A stretch of 64,000 nt of DNA from positions 480,001-544,000 of the forward strand of contig OY760175.1 in NCBI GenBank assembly GCA_963663165.1, written 5' to 3'. The stretch is from an uncultured Desulfospira sp. GTDB lineage: Bacteria > Desulfobacterota > Desulfobacteria > Desulfobacterales > Desulfobacteraceae. Shown one piece after another: positions 56,615 through 64,000 of this stretch. The notes beneath the pieces were generated by a model. The model saw only the letters and a list, made by a program, of their open reading frames with translations. It was not told the origin of the DNA and searched no databases. Position numbers and translations under genes: made by a program. Every line of letters begins with the position of its first letter. Position 1 is the stretch's first letter.

Positions 56615-58303
56615 ATGATTGATGAGATTTTAAATATCATTGAAGAAAGGACCCCCCTTCCTGCCAATACCCGCACCAGACTTGAGGCGGTTTACCTGGA
56701 AAACCCCTCGGGGCTCATGGAGTCGGTGATTGAGAGCAAACTGGTTCTGGAAAATGAAATCCTCGAGGCGTTGGGGCAGGTCTACGGCATGAAGGTGCTG
56801 CCCATCCTTTCCCTGGATAAAGTCCGGGACGACTGGACCACCCGGATTTCCCGCAGTTTTTTAAAACAGTTTGCCATGGTTCCTTTGGGAACGGCCAAGG
56901 AAAATGTAATTGCCATTAATGATCCCTCGGACTTAAGCGGGGCGGATGACCTCTCGGCGCTCTTGGGATTCGACGATTATACGCTTGTTCTGGCACCCAG
57001 AAATCAGATCATCAACGCCGTGAACAGCCTGTATGACCGGTCCGGAGAAAGCGCCCAGAAGCTTGTGGAAGACATGGAAGGGGGCGCCTTCACCATTATT
57101 GATGATTTTGAAGAAACCGCCGATCTTCTGGATGACACCAGCGATGCACCGGTGATCCGCCTGGTCAACCACATGATCTCCCAGGGGGTAAAGGCCGGGG
57201 CCAGCGATATTCACATTGAGCCTTTCCAGGACGAACTTAAGGTCAGATACCGGATTGACGGCATCCTTTACGAGATGCTGCACCCGCCCAAAGGGGTCCA
57301 GTCCTCCCTGATTTCCCGGATAAAGGTCATGGCCAAGATGAATATTGCCGAAAAACGGATGCCCCAGGACGGACGGGCCCAGGTGAGGATCGGGGACCAG
57401 GAGATCGACATCCGGATTTCCACCATCCCCACCGCCTATGGGGAGCGCCTGGTCATGCGGCTGCTCAATAAATCCGGCTATTTTCTGGAATTTTCCGAAT
57501 TCGGCATTTCCGAGAAAAATTATGCCACCATTTATAAAATCATTCGCCAGCACAACGGGATCGTCCTTGTCACAGGCCCTACCGGTTCCGGTAAAACCAC
57601 CAGTCTTTATGCGGCTTTAACAGAAATCAATTCCCCGGATAAAAATATCATCACCATTGAAGACCCGGTGGAATATAACCTTAAAGGCATCGGGCAGATC
57701 CAGGTCAACACCAAAATCGGGGTGACCTTTGCCCGGGGACTGAGGGCCATTGTCCGCCAGGACCCGGATATTGTCCTCATCGGGGAGATCCGTGATCTGG
57801 AGACTGCAGAAATCGCCATTCAGTCCGCTTTGACCGGCCATCTGGTATTTTCAACCCTTCACACCAACGACGCTGCCGGGGCGGTGACCCGTCTGGTGGA
57901 TCTGGGCGTTGAACCGTATTTGATTTCATCCTCGGTCAACGCCGTGATCGCCCAGCGCCTGGTTCGGCTGTTGTGCAATGAGTGCAAAGAAGAGTTTACC
58001 ATTGAACCCTCCCAGGTGCAGGCCATGAACGGCTGGGGAGAGGAATACATCGGCAAAAAAGTCTACAAACCCAAGGGCTGCCCCAAATGTTTTAACACCG
58101 GGTATTCGGGCCGGGAAGCCATTTTCGAGATCATGGAAATGAACGACCAGCTCAAAAGCCTTGTCTTGAGCACCTCTGATGCCAACCAGATCAAGGCCGC
58201 AGCCCTTAAAAACGGCATGAACACCCTGCGCCAGGACGGGATGGCAAAGGTCCTCAAGGGACTGACCTCCATTGGTGAGGTCTTAAGGGTTACCCAGGAG
58301 TAA
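56615..58303 (+). CDS. gspE: T2SS ATPase
   Basis: ASDIHIEP, GPTGSGKT, RQDPD, TGHLVFSTLH, CxxC...CxxC. Confidence 0.96.
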   Translation: MIDEILNIIEERTPLPANTRTRLEAVYLENPSGLMESVIESKLVLENEILEALGQVYGMKVLPILSLDKVRDDWTTRISRSFLKQFAMVPLGTAKENVIAINDPSDLSGADDLSALLGFDDYTLVLAPRNQIINAVNSLYDRSGESAQKLVEDMEGGAFTIIDDFEETADLLDDTSDAPVIRLVNHMISQGVKAGASDIHIEPFQDELKVRYRIDGILYEMLHPPKGVQSSLISRIKVMAKMNIAEKRMPQDGRAQVRIGDQEIDIRISTIPTAYGERLVMRLLNKSGYFLEFSEFGISEKNYATIYKIIRQHNGIVLVTGPTGSGKTTSLYAALTEINSPDKNIITIEDPVEYNLKGIGQIQVNTKIGVTFARGLRAIVRQDPDIVLIGEIRDLETAEIAIQSALTGHLVFSTLHTNDAAGAVTRLVDLGVEPYLISSSVNAVIAQRLVRLLCNECKEEFTIEPSQVQAMNGWGEEYIGKKVYKPKGCPKCFNTGYSGREAIFEIMEMNDQLKSLVLSTSDANQIKAAALKNGMNTLRQDGMAKVLKGLTSIGEVLRVTQE

Positions 58304-58308
58304 AAAAG

Positions 58309-58455
58309 TTGGGATCTGGGACTTTGGGGATATGGGGGGTGGGAATATTAAGGTTTATAATGTATAAAATTGAGACTTGGGATATGGGATATGGGACTTG
58401 GGGAGGCCGTGGATGCCGCAATCCCCAGGTCCCATATCCCAAGTCCCAAGTCCAA
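58309..58455. repeat. Heptamer tandem-repeat palindrome (TGGGAYW family)
   Basis: TGGGATC TGGGACT...TGAGACT TGGGATA TGGGATA TGGGACT / TCCCATA TCCCAAG TCCCAAG. Confidence 0.8.
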
Positions 58456-58486
58456 TTTTTTGGAGACTATATGTACAGGCAGGGCA

Positions 58487-58906
58487 ATGGTAAATAAGAG
58501 AATTTTAAAAATTGAATTATACCTTTTTGTTTCTCTTATTATCGGCATATCCCTGGTGCCCGAAACCCATGCCGGAAATCCCCTGGTCAAATTCTACCAG
58601 GATCATATCTCCGCCATTGACGGGGACCGGTGCCCCATGCACCCGAGCTGTTCCGAATACTGCCGGCAGGTATTTGACAAACACGGGCCTGTAACGGGCT
58701 GGGTCATGGCCTGTGACCGCCTGGTCCGGTGCGGCAGGGACGAGGTGAAGCTTTCCCCCCATGTTCTGGTCCACGGACGGAACAAAACCCTGGACCGGGT
58801 CAAAGACAATGATTTCTGGTGGTTTGACAATTCAGGCCAACAAGCCCAACCCGATTCAAACCCTGAAAAGACCCGCTGGTGGTTCAATGAGGAAAACCAT
58901 AAATGA
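58487..58906 (+). CDS. YidD-like protein with an N-terminal signal peptide
   Basis: FYQDHIS..DGDRCPMHPSCSEY...DRLVRC. Confidence 0.8.
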   Translation: MVNKRILKIELYLFVSLIIGISLVPETHAGNPLVKFYQDHISAIDGDRCPMHPSCSEYCRQVFDKHGPVTGWVMACDRLVRCGRDEVKLSPHVLVHGRNKTLDRVKDNDFWWFDNSGQQAQPDSNPEKTRWWFNEENHK

Positions 58907-59850
58907 AGCCGGCCATTGGCAGGGCAGGGGGGCAGTGGATCGGACTTTTTTTTATCCTTTTTTGGGTTTTAATCATGCCGGGGCAAGGCCGGTCACAGTC
59001 CCTGGTGATTTCCCCGGACATGCAGTACGATTATGCCGTTAAGCTTTTAACGGACAAAGACTTTTCCACGGCCATAGTCGAATTTAAGCGGTTTCTTCAT
59101 TTTTTTCCGGACAGCGAAAAAGCAGACCATGCCCGATTCCTTTTAGGGGCCTGTCTGGTGGAAACCCAAAATTTTTATGAAGCAGCCAGGGTGTTTAACG
59201 ATATCATCCTGGCCGACAACCCTGGCCCCGTCACCCGGGAAGCATACTTTTACCAGAGCCGGGCCTTTGAGCAGATGGGCAATTTCGGATACGCCCAGAT
59301 TGTCCTTCAAAATTACCTGAAGCTCGCCCTTGACCCGGACACAAAGGACCGGATACATTACCAGCTTGGCCGGCTTTTTCTATCCATGGCCGCCCAGGGT
59401 AAAGACAATGCCCTGGAAAATGCCAAAAACGCCTTTAAAGCCATATCCCTGTCCGGAAAAGCGGCCTATGAGGTTGACCATCACCTTTCCCTGATTCAAA
59501 AAGCCGGGCAGGCACCCCGAAAAGACCCGGCCCTTGCCGGAATCCTTGCCCTTATTCCCGGCGGCGGATTTGCCTACTGCGGCAGATATAAAGATGCCCT
59601 GACCACCCTTTTGTTCAATGCCGGGCTCATCGCCGGTGCCTGGAAGGCCTGGGACGACGACAACAAGGCCCTGGCCGGGGTGGCCGGCTTTGTGGAAGCC
59701 GGCTTTTATACCGGCAATATTTACGGTGCCATGTCCGCCGCCCATAAGCACAACAAAGCCCAGACCGTAAAAATCCTTGATAAAACCCTCACCCTTGAAC
59801 CCTCCCTGAACCAGGACGAATACAAGCTGATGTTTAAATTGGATTTTTAG
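58903..59850 (+). CDS. Exported TPR protein with a TM2-like C-terminal membrane segment
   Basis: AIVEFKRFLHFFPDS TPRs; KDPALAGILALIPGGGFAYCGRY. Confidence 0.8.
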   Translation: MKPAIGRAGGQWIGLFFILFWVLIMPGQGRSQSLVISPDMQYDYAVKLLTDKDFSTAIVEFKRFLHFFPDSEKADHARFLLGACLVETQNFYEAARVFNDIILADNPGPVTREAYFYQSRAFEQMGNFGYAQIVLQNYLKLALDPDTKDRIHYQLGRLFLSMAAQGKDNALENAKNAFKAISLSGKAAYEVDHHLSLIQKAGQAPRKDPALAGILALIPGGGFAYCGRYKDALTTLLFNAGLIAGAWKAWDDDNKALAGVAGFVEAGFYTGNIYGAMSAAHKHNKAQTVKILDKTLTLEPSLNQDEYKLMFKLDF

Positions 59851-59851
59851 G

Positions 59852-59920
59852 CTTGGGATATGGGACCTGGGATATAGGACTTGGGATATGGCCCCATATC
59901 CCAAGTCCCAAGTCCCATAT
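59852..59920. repeat. Heptamer tandem-repeat palindrome (TGGGAYW family)
   Basis: CTTGGGA TATGGGA CCTGGGA TATAGGA CTTGGGA TATGG / CCATA TCCCAAG TCCCAAG TCCCATA; fills the gap between convergent stop codons. Confidence 0.8.
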
Positions 59921-61156
59921 CTATTGTATCAGTTGATTTATCTCGAAGATGGGCAGACAGATAGACATAATAATCCCCCCCACAACAACCCCCATGATCA
60001 GAATAATAAACGGCTCAATAAGGGAGGTGGCCGCCGTAACGGCCGACTGAACTTCCTTTTCGAACAAATCCGCAGTTTTATCCAGCATTTTTTCCATTTC
60101 CCCGCTGGTCTCGCCGACTTTAATCATCTGGGATGCCAGATACGGAAATTCCTTGCTTTTTCCTAAAACTTCCCCTAATTCCCCCCCTTGCTCCACCCGC
60201 TCAGAGGCATTGAGTATCAGGTTATGGATCACCCGGTTTCCGGCAATGCTTTTGGTGATGTCCAGGGCGGTCAGCATGGGAACCCCATTGTCCAGAAGAG
60301 ACCCCAGGGTCCTGGTGAACCGGGCCGCAATCATTTTTCTGAGCAGATTCCCTGTAAGGGGCATGGAAATCATGAGCCGGTCAAGAAAATACGCCCCTTT
60401 TTCATTTTTCCGGATCAGAACAATGAGCAAAAAGAATAAAAAAGGCATCAGTACCACCAACCACCACCATGAACTGAAAAAATCGCTGACCGTGATCAGG
60501 ATTCGTGTGGGCAGCGGCAGGGTCTGGTTCATATCTGAAAAAATATTCACAATCCCCGGGACCACATAGGTGAGAAGCACCAGCAAAACGGCAAAACCGA
60601 TCAATGACATGAGAACCGGATAGGCCATGGCGGCCTGGATTTTTTTTTTTGAATCCTCCTGGCTTTCCGTGAAGTCTGCCAACCGCTCAAGGACAATTTC
60701 CAGGGTTCCCGATGATTCCCCGGCATTGACCATATTGATATAGATAGGAGAGAAAACCCCGGGATAAAGGGCCAAAGCCTTTGCAAAGCTTGCCCCTTCT
60801 TCAACGGCATCCTTGACCCGGGACAGGACCCGGTACATGGTTTTTGACCTGGCCTGGGGAATCAGGGTTTCCACCGCCTTCACCAGGGGGAAGCCCGCTG
60901 ACAGCAAAGTGGACATCTGGCGGGTAATCATGGCCAGCTCAGAAGAGCCAACCTTCGAAAAGAGGGTGAATCCGCTGCCGCCCTTTCTTTCTTTCTCACG
61001 CGGGCCGGCCTCTTTGGTGTCCATTTTTTTCAGGGACGTGGGGTAAACATGCTGCTTGCGCAATTTCCCCTTGGCTTTGGAGATGCTGTCGGCATCCACA
61101 ATGCCGGATATTTTCTTCCCTTTTTTATTCAGCCCTTTATACTCAAATACCGCCAT
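59921..61156 (-). CDS. gspF: T2SS inner-membrane protein F
   Basis: TRQMSTLLSAG, AGESSGTL, AMAYP, LPLPTRIL, VGETSG, LIEP. Confidence 0.95.
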   Translation of the reverse strand: MAVFEYKGLNKKGKKISGIVDADSISKAKGKLRKQHVYPTSLKKMDTKEAGPREKERKGGSGFTLFSKVGSSELAMITRQMSTLLSAGFPLVKAVETLIPQARSKTMYRVLSRVKDAVEEGASFAKALALYPGVFSPIYINMVNAGESSGTLEIVLERLADFTESQEDSKKKIQAAMAYPVLMSLIGFAVLLVLLTYVVPGIVNIFSDMNQTLPLPTRILITVSDFFSSWWWLVVLMPFLFFLLIVLIRKNEKGAYFLDRLMISMPLTGNLLRKMIAARFTRTLGSLLDNGVPMLTALDITKSIAGNRVIHNLILNASERVEQGGELGEVLGKSKEFPYLASQMIKVGETSGEMEKMLDKTADLFEKEVQSAVTAATSLIEPFIILIMGVVVGGIIMSICLPIFEINQLIQ

Positions 61157-61417
61157 TGCTGCTGTCCTTTTTAGATGGAAATTTTTGTTAAGGCTGTCGA
61201 AAGTCTATATGAAAAAAAAAGCAATTGCAATCCAGGGATAAGCCGCTTTGTTGCAGGGATGTTCCCTTTTTTGCACATGATAGGAAAAAAATTGTAACAC
61301 TTGTATGAAAAAAATTTCATAATCCCCTCATCGTATTAAACTATGAATCGGTACTGATATTTTAATTATTTTTTATTTCAATTAGTTATAAAAACATAAA
61401 CGAAATGGTAAGTTGGT

Positions 61418-61433
61418 TGGCACGAATCTGGCA
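61418..61433 (+). promoter_or_regulatory. Orphan sigma-54 promoter
   Basis: TGGCACGAATCTGGCA with GG-N10-GC spacing; IHF-like TTTCAATTAGTTA at 61376-61388. Confidence 0.6.
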
Positions 61434-61849
61434 CTGTACACCACTTGGTGGTGCCTGGTAACCTATCGGGTCAGGCCGTTAAAATATCCGTTGAAAAATG
61501 AAAGGCCCTGACAATATCAGGGTTTTAAAGGCCGCAGGGTGTTGTGTTGAATGCCAATGTGTTGTATGAATTATTTTTTTGTTAGGGAATGATTAATTTT
61601 TTTGGTTTTCCAATAAAATTTTGAGCATATCGGCTTTAAGCTTTTCTTAAAAGTCAATAGGATAACCAAAAACTAATATATATTTTATGTAATTATCACT
61701 TGCCTTTTAACAGGGGAAATGGTTTAAGGGCCTAAGCATGACCGGTCGCCCTGTAATCGACAGGGCGGAGCTATGCCGGCTTTCTGTCGATCGTCCGCTT
61801 CTTCAGATTTTAATTTATACACAGCACCTTTCACACCCATTGCCAAAGC

Positions 61850-62059
61850 ATGGAAAAAGAAACCGCTAAATTATTTAAAAACGGTAATTCTCAGGCCGTC
61901 CGGCTCCCCAAGGCGTTTCGACTGCCGGGAACCGAAGTTAAGATATTCCGGAACGGAAACCAGATCATTCTCGAACCTATTGAACAAACCTGGGATTTTC
62001 TTCTCGAATCTTTGGAAGAGCTGCCTGAAGATTTTCCGGATACCCCCAGCAAGAACTGA
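61850..62059 (+). CDS. vapB: AbrB-type antitoxin VapB
   Basis: TAKLFKNGNSQAVRLPKAFR. Confidence 0.9.
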   Translation: MEKETAKLFKNGNSQAVRLPKAFRLPGTEVKIFRNGNQIILEPIEQTWDFLLESLEELPEDFPDTPSKN

Positions 62060-62469
62060 TGCAATATCTTTTAGACACCCATATCTGCCTGAACTTGATC
62101 AAAAACCGTTCGCCGGAACTAATTTCAAAGCTTACCGACCTTTCGCCGGCCGACGTGTTTATTTCCGTCATATCGTTTTTTGAATTGTATTACGCCCTCG
62201 AAAAGAGCAAACCCGATGAACAGGCCAAATCCGCATTTGAAAAATTTTTCAAATCACTAAATATAGTGCACTTTGATGCCACTTGTGCCCGGGAATCCGC
62301 AAAAATCCGGCACGAACTTGATCAAAAGCAGTTTCCCATCGATTATACAGACCTGTTAATTGCCGGGATTGCCAGATCAAAGTCCATGGCCCTGGTCACC
62401 AGCATACCGGACAAGTTTGAGCAAATCTCCGGCATTAATCTGCAAAACTGGTCTGACGCGGCCAGTTAA
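62059..62469 (+). CDS. vapC: PIN-domain toxin VapC
   Basis: [26 protein letters not shown] coupling to vapB. Confidence 0.88.
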   Translation: MQYLLDTHICLNLIKNRSPELISKLTDLSPADVFISVISFFELYYALEKSKPDEQAKSAFEKFFKSLNIVHFDATCARESAKIRHELDQKQFPIDYTDLLIAGIARSKSMALVTSIPDKFEQISGINLQNWSDAAS

Positions 62470-62494
62470 CTTCCTAAAACAGAGTAGAATAATC

Positions 62495-63580
62495 ATGAAA
62501 AAAGCATTAATTACAGGCATAACGGGTCAGGACGGCGCATACCTTGCCGAATTCCTCCTGGCCAAAGGATACGAGGTCCACGGCATCAAACGGCGGGCCT
62601 CCCTTTTTAACACGGACCGGATTGATCACCTTTATCAGGACCCCCATGAGACAACACGGAAAATGGTGCTTCATTACGGAGATCTCACCGATGCCAGCAA
62701 CCTGATCCGGGTCCTTAAAGAAGTGCAGCCGGACGAAGTTTACAACCTGGCCGCCCAGAGCCATGTCCAGGTTTCTTTTGAATCCCCTGAATACACGGCA
62801 GACGCCGATGCATTGGGAGCCATGAGAATCTTAGAAGGAATCCGTCTTTTAGGGCTGGAAAAGAAAACCCGGTTTTACCAGGCCTCTACCTCGGAACTCT
62901 TTGGCAAGGTCCAGGAGGTTCCCCAGACCGAAAAAACCCCGTTTTATCCAAGGTCCCCTTACGCCTGCGCCAAACTGTATGCCTACTGGATTACGGTCAA
63001 TTACAGGGAGGCCTATAACATCTACGCCTGCAACGGCATATTGTTCAACCATGAATCCCCCATCCGCGGGGAAACGTTTGTTACCCGGAAAATCACACGG
63101 GCATTGAGCCGGATTCATCTGGGCATGCAGGACTGCCTTTATCTGGGAAACATGAATGCCCTCAGGGACTGGGGCCATGCCAAAGATTATGTGGAAATGC
63201 AATGGCTCATGCTCCAGCAGGATGAACCCGACGACTATGTCATTGCCACAGGGGAGCAGCACTCTGTCCGGGAATTTGTGGAAGTCTGCGCAGCAGAACT
63301 GGGCATGGCCATCGAGTGGCAGGGACAGGGCATTGATGAAAAGGGCATCAACCCGGCCAACGGAAAAACCATTGTGGCGGTGGATCCCCGGTATTTCAGG
63401 CCCACGGAAGTGGAAACCCTGTTAGGAGATCCATCCAAGGCCAAACAGAACCTGGGCTGGGAACCCAAGATCAGTTTTAAGGAACTGGTCCGGGAAATGA
63501 CCCGGTCTGATCTTGAAGAGGCCAAGCGGGATGAGCTCTGCCAGAGAGCCGGATTCCAGGTATTTACCCAAAATGAGTAG
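62495..63580 (+). CDS. gmd: GDP-mannose 4,6-dehydratase
   Basis: [49 protein letters not shown]. Confidence 0.97.
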   Translation: MKKALITGITGQDGAYLAEFLLAKGYEVHGIKRRASLFNTDRIDHLYQDPHETTRKMVLHYGDLTDASNLIRVLKEVQPDEVYNLAAQSHVQVSFESPEYTADADALGAMRILEGIRLLGLEKKTRFYQASTSELFGKVQEVPQTEKTPFYPRSPYACAKLYAYWITVNYREAYNIYACNGILFNHESPIRGETFVTRKITRALSRIHLGMQDCLYLGNMNALRDWGHAKDYVEMQWLMLQQDEPDDYVIATGEQHSVREFVEVCAAELGMAIEWQGQGIDEKGINPANGKTIVAVDPRYFRPTEVETLLGDPSKAKQNLGWEPKISFKELVREMTRSDLEEAKRDELCQRAGFQVFTQNE

Positions 63581-63595
63581 GGCAGGGAACTTCAC

Positions 63596-64000
63596 ATGAA
63601 TCCATCCGATAAAATTTTTATTGCCGGTGCCGCCGGCATGGTGGGCAGCGCCATTGCCCGGAACCTGGTCAAGCAGGGATATACCAATCTTTTGGGCAGT
63701 TATCATTCAAGGGCTTTAGATGAACTTGAATCTTTGCCCATCCGGCTGGTTCAGATGGACCTTAAACACCAGGAAACGGTCCGGCAGTTTTTCAGCAATG
63801 AAAAACCAGCCTTTGTTTTCCTGGCGGCCGCAAGGGTCGGGGGAATCCATGCCAACAACACCTACCCGGCCCAGTTTATTTACGATAACCTGGCCATGCA
63901 GAACAACATCATTCATTCGGCCTATGAAACCCAGGTATCCCGCCTGCTTTTCTTAGGGTCTTCATGCATCTATCCCAAAGAAGCCCCCCAGCCCATGAAA
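63596..64000 (+). CDS. fcl: GDP-L-fucose synthase, 5' part (runs off the window)
   Basis: Hand translation MNPSDKIFIAGAAGMVGSA...LAAARVGGIHANNTYPA...LGSSCIYPK. Confidence 0.93.
   Translation, partial: MNPSDKIFIAGAAGMVGSAIARNLVKQGYTNLLGSYHSRALDELESLPIRLVQMDLKHQETVRQFFSNEKPAFVFLAAARVGGIHANNTYPAQFIYDNLAMQNNIIHSAYETQVSRLLFLGSSCIYPKEAPQPMK

Noticed and set aside
58370..58486. N-terminal extension of the YidD-like ORF (also those of 2361..3923, 34314, 37839, 39148, 62360)
   Set aside because: The extensions run through repeats, intergenic DNA or upstream genes; downstream ATGs match family starts better.
61759..61775. ops/JUMPstart element upstream of the glycan genes
   Set aside because: GGCGGAGC lacks the T of GGCGGTAG, and no RfaH-like gene is visible.

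Overview
Bacterial chromosomal window. Gene content and sigma-54 regulation suggest an anaerobic sulfate reducer of the Desulfobacteraceae type (inference). Most of it is core genome: ispD, a prkA-yeaH-spoVR-prkA2 operon, a sigma-54-driven cytochrome bd operon with redox genes, cysE/cysK, malic enzyme, aconitase, a fatty acid-CoA ligase, a DAC/His-rich/nagZ operon, tsaD, purM, hom-thrH-rfaE1, tRNA-fMet, a near-complete type II secretion cluster (gspGHIJKLMNCDE plus an inverted gspF; no gspO), vapBC, gmd and a partial fcl. Features not in the ORF track: (1) a 31-aa CydX/CydY-like membrane peptide after cydB; (2) a decayed ~3.6-kb integrative element at tRNA-fMet, with arm-type repeats, a tRNA T-stem carrying two U-U mismatches, an integrase C-terminal remnant, a solitary attC-like site, a PEP-CTERM-like gene and a toxin/antitoxin stack; (3) heptamer-periodic palindromic arrays filling several gene junctions; (4) a dispersed GTGTTTGRACGAAA REP/MITE-like family; (5) an orphan sigma-54 promoter with a candidate sRNA. 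The best candidates for an undescribed system are a signal-peptide DNA ligase plus an STN-domain subtilase divergent from the T2SS, a dual-PrkA operon with one degenerate Walker B, a two-HTH protein with ten DDLSxLxD repeats, and the DAC/His-rich/NagZ operon. All family assignments come from motif recognition by eye, not from database searches.
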